DNA of 62,791 nucleotides, filler included, from an uncultured Methanoregulaceae archaeon (lineage in GTDB: Archaea > Halobacteriota > Methanomicrobia > Methanomicrobiales > Methanospirillaceae): the NCBI GenBank assembly GCA_964530035.1. It is 17 parts of 17 records of this genome, joined end to end, with 100 filler letters (N's around TTAATTAATTAA, not from the genome) between each part and the next. Parts side by side here need not be neighbours in the genome. Positions count along the whole stretch, not along the records: positions 8,039 to 11,921 come from CAZGXZ010000194.1; positions 12,022 to 15,849 come from CAZGXZ010000195.1; positions 15,950 to 19,767 come from CAZGXZ010000196.1; positions 19,868 to 23,594 come from CAZGXZ010000197.1; 13 more parts are not named here. One strand, given 5' to 3'. This document shows, one piece after another, positions 10,731 to 21,654 of the stretch. Below the pieces are notes generated by a model. That model saw only the letters and a program-made list of their open reading frames with translations. It was not told the origin of the DNA and did no database searches. A program made the position numbers and the translations under genes. Each line of letters opens with the position of its first letter. Within the stretch, counting starts at the first letter, position 1.

Positions 10731-11192
10731 TTACATGACCACCCGGAAGCCCTGTGCTGCAAGCAGGGCGCGGAGGTCAGCAAGCCATTTGATTCTTGAT
10801 TCAGGGCCTGTTGGAGCTGCCAGCGATTCGAACAGTTCCCGGATCGCCTTATCCTTCGTGGTCAGCGCAGTCCCCTTTACCCTTGCGACAATCCTCCCAT
10901 CATCCCCGATGACCGCGAGGTCATAACACCTGAACTGCCGGCACACCAAAGGCCGGTCATTGTAGATCATGCACATCCCTGGAGACCCAAGGGCAGACTG
11001 TCTGAAGAAAGGACACCCCGGCCGTCCTGTTTGTACCGAGGCCATCCCGCGGGCGGTCCAGCACTCACCGGTGACCCTGTTTCTGCACCGGTATACCCCG
11101 GGGGAAGGGCTGTCAAGGACAGATATGGTCCCACCGAGACCTGCGCAGCACTTTCCACACCGGTCACAGTAAAAACCCTCTTGATCCGTCAT
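10731..11192 (-). CDS. YkgJ-family Cys-cluster protein
   Basis: FYCDRCGKCC, CPFF, CMIYNDRPLVCRQFRC. Confidence 0.8.
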   Translation of the reverse strand: MTDQEGFYCDRCGKCCAGLGGTISVLDSPSPGVYRCRNRVTGECWTARGMASVQTGRPGCPFFRQSALGSPGMCMIYNDRPLVCRQFRCYDLAVIGDDGRIVARVKGTALTTKDKAIRELFESLAAPTGPESRIKWLADLRALLAAQGFRVVM

Positions 11193-11921
11193 CTGGGCGC
11201 ATCTCCCAGAGGAGGTACCTCCCGGCAGGGGGCCGGTGACAGGATTCCCATGATTGTGGCCATGAGCGTATGGTAGCTGGCTCCATCACGGAGAAACATG
11301 GAAGTCCTGTCATCTGGAGGCATAGTAATAAAGTTTAAACCACACTCTACATCCCAGAGCACCAGGCCTTCCGGGGCGGCAGGCGGGACATGACGGGTGT
11401 CCTCTCCTGAAAGCCGCCTGGTGATATCCTCCTCACCCCANNNNNNNNNNGCAGCTACCAGTGCCGCTGCCATGGAGCGCACCATGTGCCAGAGAAATGA
11501 ACGGGCGGTTACCTCGATGCAACTGAACCTTCCTTCCTGGAAGACTCTGGCCGACCGGACGGAACGAACCGGGTCCTTTCCCGCGGGTTTGCAGAACGCG
11601 GAAAAATCGTGCTCACCTTCAAACAGGCGGGCCGCACGGGCCATGCGTTCCGGGTCGGCCGGTGAGCCGGGCACATAATAGCGGTATGTCCGGGCTGCAG
11701 CCCGGTACCTGGGATGAAAATCATCATCGACGACCGCATACCCGGTGCACCATATGTCCGGGGGGAGCTGCCAGTTGATGGCCTCAACCGCCCTGTGTTG
11801 ATAGCGAGTTGTGAAGGCGGCTATCTGTCCACGGGCATGTACACCTCTGTCTGTTCTCCCGGCGGTGGCAAACCTCGCCTGGTGCCAGTCTGAGAAAAGA
11901 CCTGCCCGTGAGCAGGCGGCA
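11189..11921 (-). CDS. truA: tRNA pseudouridine(38-40) synthase (5' truncated, internal 10-N gap)
   Basis: AGRTDRGVHARGQ near 11830-11865; GEHDFSAF and SFLWHMVR. Confidence 0.9.
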
Positions 11922-12021
11922 NNNNNNNNNNNNNNNNNNNNNNNNNNNNNNNNNNNNNNNNNNNNTTAATTAATTAANNNNNNNNNNNNNNNNNNNNNNN
12001 NNNNNNNNNNNNNNNNNNNNN

Positions 12022-12991
12022 CATCGCGGACCGGGAGGCCCACGCCGTCCGGGGCATCTCCTGGGAGGACTGCGCTTCGTACGGCAGGGAATACCTGCGC
12101 TGCCTGTACGCACTTGGTTTTTCCGGCAAAACATACTACCAGAGCCGCAACAGGCGTCTCCATGACCTTGCCTTCGAGGCGTCGACGAAGGTGAACTGGT
12201 CGGAAATGGTCGCAATATACGGTTTTTCAGCCGAAACAGACCTTGCACACCAGATAGCAGTCATAACCCAGGTCGCCGACATCCTGTATCCCCAGGTCGA
12301 CAGCGGGCCGGCCCCCACCCTCGTCCCGGTCGGGATTGACCAGGACCCCCACATCAGGCTGACCCGGGGAGTCGCCCACAAGCTCCGGATGTTCACGGTC
12401 GAGGAGCGGGACGGGTACGTCAGTGTCAGGTCGAAGGAAGCGCCTGAAGAGGCTCTTTCAGCGGTCCACCGGGCGTTCTCAGGGAGCAGGAAGTACTCGG
12501 GCCATGTCGATATCAGGGGCATCCCCTATGGAGTCATCAGTGAAAAGGTGCGGGAGATCGAGCGTTCCTTCGGTGGTTTTGCCTTTTATACCCCTTCATC
12601 CACGTACCACAGGTTCATTCCGGGACTGACCGGTGGAAAGATGTCGTCGAGCGTCCCGGAGAGCATCATCGGGTTCTCAGAGACGGAGGCTGCGATCAGG
12701 AAGAAGGTGATGTCGGCCCTTACCGGCGGGAGGCCGACGCTTGCCGAACAGAAGGAACTCGGGGGAGAGGCCGATACGTGCCCCGTGTACCTCCTCAACC
12801 TCTTCCACATGGTCACCGACGATGCCGAGCTCTCCGACATACGCTGGCGGTGCGTATCCGGTGAGATCATGTGCGGGCAGTGCAAGAAGGAAACGGCGGA
12901 GAGGGTCCTTGCCTTCATCAGGGACTTTAAGGAACGGATGGACGAGGTTGAGCACCTCGTGGAGGAGAGAGATGGATCTGACATACAATGA
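12022..12991 (+). CDS. trpS: Tryptophanyl-tRNA synthetase (5' truncated)
   Basis: VPVGIDQDPHIRLTR, GGKMSSS, ALTGGR, CGQCKK. Confidence 0.93.
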
Positions 12992-14432
12992 AAAAAGACT
13001 CCTTGCAGCGCTTTACCAGGAACGGCACGGGGAATGGAGGGAACCTGAAGAGCTGGCCAAAGAGCTCGGGACGAATGGCGAGGCGGTTGTCCAGTACTCC
13101 CACCTCTTATCAGGCCGCGGGTACGCCGAGGTACGACAGGAAGCCCGGCACACGTATGCACTCACCCCGGAAGGGGAGGAATATCGTGAAAAAGGCCTTC
13201 CTGAACGGCAGATCCTCTCTTCGTTCGAGGGATCGGTCCAGATGGCCGAGCTGAACCGGCACCCGCTTGCACGGATCGGGATCGGGTGGCTGCGCAGGAA
13301 GGGCTGGGTCACGATTAAGGACGGCCTCGTGACCAAGACCGGCACCTCTCCGGAAGGCCCGGACGAGGCCGCGCTGAGAAACGTGGTGGCAGGGGGCCAG
13401 GGCGTATCCGACCTGATAAAACGCGGCCTTGCGACCGATACGGAAGAACTTGGTTTCAAGGTCAGGATCACCCCTGCCGGGGTCGCGGAATGCAGGGCCG
13501 GTCTTGAGGTACGGCAGGAAGTCGGGACCCTTACCAGTGAGCAGATCGCATCAGGCGGCTGGAAAAACGTTTCACTTCGCAAATATAACGTGGGGACGCT
13601 GCCGAGAGTCGTCTATCCCGGAAAGATACACCCGTACCAGCGCCTGATCGATGAGATGCGGCAGGTACTGATAGAACTCGGGTTTACCGAGATGTATGGC
13701 GGGGTCGTGCAGAGCGTGTTCTGGAACTTCGACGCCCTGTTCCAGCCGCAGGACCACCCCGCACGGGAGATGCAGGACACCTTCTACCTGGAACCGCGGG
13801 TCGGGCTGCCTGATGGGTATGACCGGGTGAAAACCATGCACGAAACGGGCGGGGACACCCATTCCACCGGCTGGGGAGGTACCTGGAAGGAGGAAAAAGC
13901 TGAACAGTGCGTTCTCCGTACCCACACCACCTGTCTCTCCATCCAGCACCTCGCCCGGAACCGGCAGCCCCCGGTCAAGGCTTTCTGCATCGGAAGGGTG
14001 TACCGGCGCGAGGCGATCGACCCGACACACCTCCCGGAGTTCGAACAGCTCGAGGGGATCGTCATGGATACGGGAGTGACGTTCCGGAACCTGCTTGGTT
14101 TTCTCCGGGTCTTTTACAACAAGATGGGGTTCTCCGAGGTCAGGTTCCGGCCCGGGTACTTCCCGTACACCGAACCCTCGGTCGAACCGGAGGTCTACGT
14201 GGACGGTCTCGGCTGGGTCGAGCTCGGCGGCGCCGGGGTCTTCCGCGAGGAGGTCACCGCTCCCTGGGGGATCACCACGCCCGTGCTCGCCTGGGGCCTC
14301 GGGGTGTCCCGGGTGGCGAGCCTGCGGATGGGCCTGAAGGACTTGCGGATGCTGTACGAAAGCGATATCGACTGGATACGAAAGGCCCCGGCGAACCGTG
14401 CCGGGCCGTCTGCACCCCGGGAGGCCAGGTGA
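12972..14432 (+). CDS. pheS: Phenylalanyl-tRNA synthetase alpha subunit (archaeal type)
   Basis: [40 protein letters not shown] at 12972 follows GGAGGAG. Confidence 0.96.
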   Translation: MDLTYNEKRLLAALYQERHGEWREPEELAKELGTNGEAVVQYSHLLSGRGYAEVRQEARHTYALTPEGEEYREKGLPERQILSSFEGSVQMAELNRHPLARIGIGWLRRKGWVTIKDGLVTKTGTSPEGPDEAALRNVVAGGQGVSDLIKRGLATDTEELGFKVRITPAGVAECRAGLEVRQEVGTLTSEQIASGGWKNVSLRKYNVGTLPRVVYPGKIHPYQRLIDEMRQVLIELGFTEMYGGVVQSVFWNFDALFQPQDHPAREMQDTFYLEPRVGLPDGYDRVKTMHETGGDTHSTGWGGTWKEEKAEQCVLRTHTTCLSIQHLARNRQPPVKAFCIGRVYRREAIDPTHLPEFEQLEGIVMDTGVTFRNLLGFLRVFYNKMGFSEVRFRPGYFPYTEPSVEPEVYVDGLGWVELGGAGVFREEVTAPWGITTPVLAWGLGVSRVASLRMGLKDLRMLYESDIDWIRKAPANRAGPSAPREAR

Positions 14433-14433
14433 G

Positions 14434-15849
14434 ATGCCGATCGTCAGTCTCCCGTACAAGTACCTGGAACGGCTTGTCGGTCGTTCCCACGAGGAAATCA
14501 TTGAGCACCTCCCCATGATAGGGTCTGATATCGAGAGGATCCTCCCAGACCACTGTGATATCGAGTTCTTCCCTTCACGCCCCGACCTCTACTCGGTCGA
14601 GGGGGTCGCACGGGCAATGCGGGGTATCCTCGGGATCGAAGAAGGACTGCCGGAGTACCCCGTGACCCCGTCGGGCATCGGGTTCTCGGTCGACCCGGGG
14701 CTCGCGGAAATCCGTCCCTTCCTGGGATCAGCGGTGATCCGCGGCGTGAAATTTGACGAGGAGTCGATCGTGACCCTCATGGGCCTCCAGGAGTCCCTTC
14801 ACTGGGTCCTTGGGAGAGGGAGGTCCAAGGTGGCCATCGGGGTCCATGACCTCACCCACATCAGGCCTCCCTTCCGGTACCTCGCCGCCCCGCGGGACCG
14901 CTCATTCGTCCCGCTTGACTTTGACGTGGAGATGACGCTTGACCGCATCCTCACCGACCACCCGAAGGGGAGGGCATTTGCAAAGATCGTGGAACGTTTC
15001 GACCGTATGCCTTTGATCGAGGACTCCCTCGGGCAGGTCCTTTCGTTCCCGCCGATCATCAACGGCGAGCTGACCCGGGTGACCGGGAGGACGACCGACC
15101 TCCTGCTCGATGTCACCGGCACGGACCGTCGTGCCGTCGACCTGACCGTGGCCATCATCTGCTCCGCCATGGCCGAAGGAGGGGCCAGGATAGAAAGCGT
15201 GGATATCGACGGCACCCCGACCCCGACACTCGCCCCCTCGGAGCGGGTTGTTTCAGTTTCCGCATGTGAAAAACTCCTGGGGATATCCCTCACTGCCGGC
15301 TCCCTGGCCGGACTTATCAGGAAGATGCGGTTCGGCGCCATTCCCGGCGGCAGTGACACGGTCAGGGTGCAGGTGCCCTGCTTCAGGGCCGACATCATGC
15401 ACGACTGGGACATCTTCGAGGACGTCGCCATCGCTTATGGGTACAGGAACTTCGAAGCCGAGATCCCGCCGACGTTCACGGTCGGCCAGGAACACCCGGT
15501 CTCGCGCATCGGGCGGCTCGCCCGCGAAACTGCCGTCGGGCTCCAGTACATCGAGGTCATGCCCTTTTCGCTTACGAACGAACGGACAATGTACGGAATG
15601 ATGCAGCGGGAGGCCAGCACAGGGGTCCTTCACCTGCTCCACCCGATCAGCGAGGACCATACCATCGTGCGGACAGACCTGGTCCCGCTGCTCATCGAGA
15701 CACTGGCGCTCAACCGCCACCGCGAGTTTCCCCAGCGGATTTTTGCCTGCGGGGATGTCGTGCTCGACCTCCGTACCTACCAGAAGGTGGCGGCGGCGGC
15801 CACCCACCCGGGGGCTGATTTCTCGGAGATATACGCCTTTGCCGATGCG
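14434..15849 (+). CDS. pheT: Phenylalanyl-tRNA synthetase beta subunit (3' truncated)
   Basis: [39 protein letters not shown]. Confidence 0.95.
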
Positions 15850-15949
15850 NNNNNNNNNNNNNNNNNNNNNNNNNNNNNNNNNNNNNNNNNNNNTTAATTA
15901 ATTAANNNNNNNNNNNNNNNNNNNNNNNNNNNNNNNNNNNNNNNNNNNN

Positions 15950-16477
15950 CGAGAACCCCTCGGTCATCTGGTCAGACCCGTACACCCCGCCTGCCTTGGC
16001 GAACTGCTTGGCAAGGAGCACGTCATCGGTCAGGGGCCCTATCCTTTCGGAGACGTACCTTGTGTGAAACGGGGTCCTGTCAACCGCGGAGATGATCCCC
16101 GAGGGATCGGCGACCTTGAAGCAGGGGACGAGGTCAACGTCAACCCCCCGGACCGTGGCATTCAGGTACGGGTGCTCGGCATACTTCTCGCGGGAGGGTG
16201 CTGAAAACCGCTCTGCAATCTGCCGGGCAAGCTCGATACCTTTTTCCTCGAGGTCCTCACGCGAGCGGGTCGGCGGAAAGAGCATGAAGATGTCAAGGTC
16301 CTGGTCCCCCCGGATGCAGGTGCGCCGGGCGACCGACCCGACCATCATCCCCTCGGCTATGCCGCTTTCGTTCACCGCACCGATGATCTCGCGGGCAAGG
16401 CCATAGGTACGTTCAAGTTCGGATGATGTCGGCCTGATCGTTTCGAGGACCTGTTCCTCGAGGGGTGTCCTGTTCAG
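15950..16477 (-). CDS. cca: Archaeal CCA-adding enzyme (3' truncated)
   Basis: VGSVARRT..RGDQDLDIF, YAEHPY, DVDLVPC, SAVDRTPFHT, GVYGS. Start uncertain (possible CTG at 16477). Confidence 0.92.
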
Positions 16478-17013
16478 AAGGAAACCCCCATCAGGTCCTC
16501 GTACCGCGCGCCACCAGGACCGAGCACGGATTTTTTAAGGGTGAACCCCGTGATCCTGCAGGAACCAAAGACCGTGCCGGACACCTCGGCGATCCTCGGG
16601 AGGAGGGAGGGATCAAATTCCTTCACCCTCGCAATGGTGACATGAGGTGTGTAGGGGCGGTCCTCCTTTTCCACTCCGAAACGTGATAGGACGTCAGCCA
16701 CACGGGCCTGGACCGCAGCACACTCACCGTTGTCCTTCACGTTTGCCCACACAACCCGCGGTCGTTTCGGATTGTTCCCTGATACTCCGGCAACGGTGAC
16801 TGAAAAGGGCTCCGCCCTGATGTCGGCAAGGGCGTCTTCGACAGGACCTACCCGTTCCTCAGGGACCTCGCCGATGAAAACGAGGGTGATATGGGCGCCG
16901 GCGGGATCGACAGGCGTGAGCCGCGCACGGCTTTTTTCCAGTGCCGGGGCGATACGACCGATACCCTCCCGTATTTCAGCGGAGAGGTCAAGAGCGGTAA
17001 ACAGGCGGACCAT
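16474..17013 (-). CDS. thpR: RNA 2',3'-cyclic phosphodiesterase (2H family)
   Basis: RLFTAL plus two HxT motifs (HITL, PHVTIAR). Confidence 0.92.
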   Translation of the reverse strand: MVRLFTALDLSAEIREGIGRIAPALEKSRARLTPVDPAGAHITLVFIGEVPEERVGPVEDALADIRAEPFSVTVAGVSGNNPKRPRVVWANVKDNGECAAVQARVADVLSRFGVEKEDRPYTPHVTIARVKEFDPSLLPRIAEVSGTVFGSCRITGFTLKKSVLGPGGARYEDLMGVSF

Positions 17014-17200
17014 GACTCTGAATCAGTAATCTTTAGGTCTTTTACGCTCATCAGGCCATCGGTCACCCTTCCGGCATGACGAATGCACATACGTACGTAC
17101 CGGTATCGTCCGGTTGATTCTGAGGGATGCCACAATTGGTCGCGAGAGTGAGAATTATTTTGCAGGCGGTGCCAGTACAGTCAAAGGTGGTTATACAACC

Positions 17201-17467
17201 GTGTCATCTCCATCGCTTGTCGTCTACACCCTTGGGAACTGCCCGAACTGCGAACTGCTCAAGGATTTTCTTAAAAGCCGGGCTATTCCCTATGATGAAC
17301 GTGACATGTCCTCGGTGGAGTCCCTCACCGATCTCAGGGTGAACGGAGTGTTTGCCCGCGAGGCACCGGTACTTCAGCGTGACACGGTGTTTCTCACCTC
17401 CAAGCAGCTCTTCAGGGGAGGGGCGGTCGTCCCCGAGGCTGTCGAGGGGCTGATAAAAGGTGCCTAA
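17201..17467 (+). CDS. Glutaredoxin/NrdH-like redoxin
   Basis: VYTLGNCPNCELLKDFL and a cis-Pro EAPVL motif; overlaps the nrdD start. Confidence 0.85.
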   Translation: MSSPSLVVYTLGNCPNCELLKDFLKSRAIPYDERDMSSVESLTDLRVNGVFAREAPVLQRDTVFLTSKQLFRGGAVVPEAVEGLIKGA

Positions 17468-19767
17468 GACTTCCCGGGAAGCAAAGCAGGCTACGCTCGA
17501 CGGCATATACATACCCATCCTCCCGCCGGTCAGGACAACCGACGGCCACATCGTCGAGTGGGACAGGAAACGTATTATAAAACAGATTATCGAGGAGACC
17601 CGGCTCGTTGAGACCTTCTATGCAGAGAAGGGTGCGGACCAGGAAACCGCCGAGGACATCGCCCGGGCGGTGGAGAACCGGCTCCTCCAGCTGAACCTGG
17701 ACTCCCTTTCCGGCCCGCTCATCAGGGAGATCGTGAACATGACACTCCTTGAGCGGGGACTTGTCCAGTACAGGAATGTGTGCACCAGGGTCGGGACACC
17801 GGTCTACGACGCCCACCTCATCGATGTCGGAAGGGGCTTCGAGTCCCACGACAACGCCAATCTCCAGGAAAATGCCGAGACCTCACACAAGAAAAAGGCC
17901 GACAAGATCAGCAAGGAGCAGTACCTTCTCCAGCTGCCCCCGGGCCTTGCCGACCGGCACCTCTTCGGTGACATCCACATCCATGACCTCGAGTACTTTG
18001 GTACCAGGCCCTTCTGCCTTGACGGCTCCACCGTCATCCCTTTCTACGAACAGGACCGCGTGGTGGCCCTGCGTCCCGACCAGCTCGCCTACCATGACGA
18101 CCTGCACGTACCGCCCGGCCTTCGTGCCTTCACCCCTTCAGGCCTCCGGAAGGTAACGAAGATTACCAGGAGAAAGGTGGAGCAGGGCGAAATGCTCAAA
18201 GTCAGGTCGTCCACCGGGAAGTCCCTCCTGGTAACGAGGGACCACCGGGTCCCGATCACAAGGCAGGGGAAGAGGATGGTCATCCCTGCCGGCGACGTGA
18301 AGCAGGAGGATGTCCTGGACGGGTATGCAGGAGGGGCGTTCGCCCTGCGGGGGTACGAGGTCGGTTCCCTCGACCTCGTACGGGAATTGGTGGCCTCAGT
18401 TCCCGGTGACCTCCTCGATAATGTCTACGTCCGGGACCTGGGCGGGCTGCTGAAGGACCTTGAGGACCGTGGCCTTTCCCACGACGATCTGGCCTCAGCC
18501 TGTGGCTGCTGTCTTGAAAGGCAGTGGTTGTCACGGGGTATCATGCCCGTAAAAACCTTTGCTAGGCTCTGCGACACCCTGCAGGTGAGCTATTACTGCG
18601 GGGCGACCGTCGGCGTCGCGGGAAGCGGACATGACCTCCCCGCAGACCTCCCCATCACCCGCGAACTCATACGTCTCCTCGGATTTTTCGTATCAGAAGG
18701 AAATTACAACGTATCAGTTACACGCTCCTCGTACAACCTGGCCATTACCGAGAACCACCAGTCCGGAGCGATCATGGAATGGGCTTCCTCTGCTCTGAAC
18801 ACCTATGCGACCAGGACCGGCGGTTCCCCTGACAAGACAACGATTTACGGTGTCCCGACCGAGCGCCCCAGGGCGATGCAGGTCTATTTCGGGGGAAAAC
18901 TCGCCTGGCTCCTCTTCAGGTACGTCCTCCGGATACCCGAAGGATCGAAGGAAAAACGCCTTCCCTGGATCGTATGGCACCTCGGCGACGACCTGCTGAA
19001 AGAGTTCCTGTCCGCCCTTTTCACCGGGGACGGTTCGGTCTGTTACCGCCCGGAGAAATCGGACTGCATCGTCAACTACACGACCGTATCTTCGTCGCTC
19101 CGCCAGGAACTGTCCCTTCTCCTTGAGTCGCTTTCGATCCCAGCCCATATCGTGGAGTTATACAGCGACGTGGAGAGGACCACCCTTTACCGGTTGCAGG
19201 TGACGGGATACGATTCGGTCAGTCGTTTCGCCCAATTCGCACGGTTCCTAGATGAACGCCAGGACCAGGTCGACAGGTTCCTCTCAGAGGTCCATGGCAT
19301 CAACAGGAAGCCGCACAACGAGGTGGTTACGGCGGTCGAACCTGCGGAACCATCGGGAAAGTTTGTCTATGACATTTTCCTGGACGGAAACGGGTCCGAA
19401 GAACAACATTGCTACCTTGCATCGGATGGCCTCGTGGTGCACAACTGTCAGGACTGGGACCTCCGTTACTTCCTCTACTACGGACTGATGCCGGATGGGA
19501 ACGGGACCAAGGCCTCGGTCGCCGGCCCTGCAAAACGTGCCGAGGTCGCGGTCCTCCACGCCGTCAAGGCGCTCGGTTCGGCGCAGACGAACTTTGCCGG
19601 AGGGCAGGGATACTACAATTTCCTCACCTTCATGGCACCGTTTTTTGAGGGAATGGAGTACGAAGGGATCAAACAGCACATGCAGATGTTCGTCTACGAG
19701 ATGACCCAGATGATGGTCGCCCGTGGGGGCCAGCTCGTCTTTTCATCCGTGCAACTCTCCCCTGGCG
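17460..19767 (+). CDS. nrdD: Anaerobic (class III) ribonucleotide reductase, intein-containing (3' truncated)
   Basis: N-terminal ATP cone, GDIHIHDLEYFGTRPF|CQDWDL and QTNFAGGQG. Confidence 0.93.
18015..19445 (+). mobile_element. Intein (477 aa) with LAGLIDADG homing endonuclease
   Basis: Begins CLDGST, block B VTRDHR, LAGLIDADG helices LLGFFVSEG and FLSALFTGDG, ends VYDI...GLVVHN followed by Cys(+1). Confidence 0.93.
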
Positions 19768-19867
19768 NNNNNNNNNNNNNNNNNNNNNNNNNNNNNNNNN
19801 NNNNNNNNNNNTTAATTAATTAANNNNNNNNNNNNNNNNNNNNNNNNNNNNNNNNNNNNNNNNNNNN

Positions 19868-19970
19868 GTTCATCTTCCTCCCGTTCATCATCATCGGAGG
19901 GATTGGGTACCTGGTCTACAGGAGATATTTCCGTAAAAATCCCCAGAAACCGAAGGAGCCACAAGCCTGA
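19868..19970 (+). CDS. C-terminal fragment of a membrane-anchored protein
   Basis: FIFLPFIIIGGIGYLVYRRYFRK...* is a TM helix with a basic tail at the contig start. Confidence 0.55.
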
Positions 19971-19997
19971 AAGGGTGTAAGTGGGTGCCGGCCCTCA

Positions 19998-20414
19998 TCA
20001 AGAAAAGGCGAACAGGTTCTGCTGGAGGTTCCTCTGGCCGGCTGCAACCGGGTGGGGTGACGGTGCGAAGCCCGGGATCTCGGCAACGGCAGCAAATACC
20101 TCGCTCCGCGCAAGGACCGCTCGTACCGCATCAAGGGAAACGGTAAACCGGGCGCCTCCGGACATCTCGATGTTGAGCGCCCTGCCCGACCTTGAACGCT
20201 GGGCGGTCCCGGCAACTCCTGCAAAGTATGGCTGCCAGTTCTGGCGGATCCTTTCAACTCTGGCTGTGAGACCGATATCCAGGGCGGCACGGATATCATC
20301 GACCCGTATTCCATAACGGTAGCCCCGGATGGAGAGTTCGATAGTAGCATTGGGTCTGCCGTCGTCATCGATGGTATAGGTCCGTGCGTGCTGGATGAAT
20401 CCCGCTTTTCTCAT
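19998..20414 (-). CDS. Hypothetical protein (SxSGRALN motif family)
   Basis: GGGGTG RBS upstream; similar to the C-terminal part of 47886-48620. Confidence 0.7.
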   Translation of the reverse strand: MRKAGFIQHARTYTIDDDGRPNATIELSIRGYRYGIRVDDIRAALDIGLTARVERIRQNWQPYFAGVAGTAQRSRSGRALNIEMSGGARFTVSLDAVRAVLARSEVFAAVAEIPGFAPSPHPVAAGQRNLQQNLFAFS

Positions 20415-20511
20415 CGTGTCACCCCTTTTCCTGTTCTATACAGACATTTCAGGGTACCCTATATAAGCCGTCGATAAGCGTGGTGTGAAAGTATAGAGAA
20501 ATGGGAATTAC

Positions 20512-21654
20512 TCAGGATAAACCGTGATTTTTTCTGCAATGGTCCATGCAGGCATTCAGGACCTCGTCCATGAACCTCAGTGCTCCCTCGGTCCCGGCAA
20601 GGGCCCGGGATCCGATCATGACCCGCCCCCTCTGCGGAAAGGTCAGCCCGACGAATGCCGACCCGGGAGCAGCGGCCCGTTCGTATGATGATCCCAGTAC
20701 GAGGTCAGGAGACAGCTCCCGAATCACCCGGGAAATCTCCTCGAGATCCGTGAGGGTCCTGGCATTTCCCTGGAACGGGCTGACCGGTTCCTCGCGGAGA
20801 CCGATGAAGGCAATCTCGGCGTCAAGGAAGGTGGATAGCATCGTGGAGGTGAAAGCTGCGTATCCAGCCGTACCAAAAACCGCCGTGACCGGAGGGTCAT
20901 ACCGGCGGAGGTACTTGTCACAGGCTGCTGTAATACGTGCGGAAGCGGTTTCCACCTCATCGAGGACCGGCGCCGGGTCTGCACAGGGGAAATGTTCGGA
21001 TAGTACTGCCATGGTTTCCCGTATCGCCTGTAACCCAAGGAGCGAGCCGCATGGCTGGCCTATCCCTGATGCAAGGTCGGGGTTGACCGTAACCCCGCAC
21101 TTTCCTGCAGGCATGGATGTCGCAAACCGGCATGAGCTGACCGCGCTGCAAACGGGAATACCTGCAATTTCCAGGGTCCTCCCTGCTTCAAGAAGGTTTC
21201 CGCGGTAAAACGGGTCCGCAGGGTTGAGACCGTCGATGGTGACCCCCTGGCAGGGTTCGTTGAAAAGCGGGCGGAGGGTCTCCTGCGCCTTCCGGAAACC
21301 GGCATCGAAACCTCCGGTAAACCCCGGGGAGTCAACAATAATGATGTCAGCGCCCTGCAGCATGGCAGGGTCTTCACCTGACACCGCAGGTGCACAGGTC
21401 TGGACAACGGCGACTGCCCCATGCGTGGCGGACAGGGGACCCACGACCTCGCATAAACGGTCTGTGCCGCCGAAGACCACTTCCTCGCTTAAAAGCAGCG
21501 TCCCGTGGAGGTCTCCCCCGACGAGGGATGCAGGGTAGTAAAAGCACCCGCTCGAACCATGGATAACTATGGCCAGGCCCTTGAAACCAGAGAGAAAGGC
21601 AACGGCACCGGTCATGGCGCACGGCCAGACGGGTCCCGGGCAGGCAGGCGTCAT
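20512..21654 (-). CDS. Nitrogenase component-1-like oxidoreductase subunit
   Basis: PCAMTGA, HGSSGC, EEVVFGG, QTCAPAVSGED, PDLVLGSSYE. ATG overlaps the upstream gene's TGA. Confidence 0.85.
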   Translation of the reverse strand: MTPACPGPVWPCAMTGAVAFLSGFKGLAIVIHGSSGCFYYPASLVGGDLHGTLLLSEEVVFGGTDRLCEVVGPLSATHGAVAVVQTCAPAVSGEDPAMLQGADIIIVDSPGFTGGFDAGFRKAQETLRPLFNEPCQGVTIDGLNPADPFYRGNLLEAGRTLEIAGIPVCSAVSSCRFATSMPAGKCGVTVNPDLASGIGQPCGSLLGLQAIRETMAVLSEHFPCADPAPVLDEVETASARITAACDKYLRRYDPPVTAVFGTAGYAAFTSTMLSTFLDAEIAFIGLREEPVSPFQGNARTLTDLEEISRVIRELSPDLVLGSSYERAAAPGSAFVGLTFPQRGRVMIGSRALAGTEGALRFMDEVLNACMDHCRKNHGLS

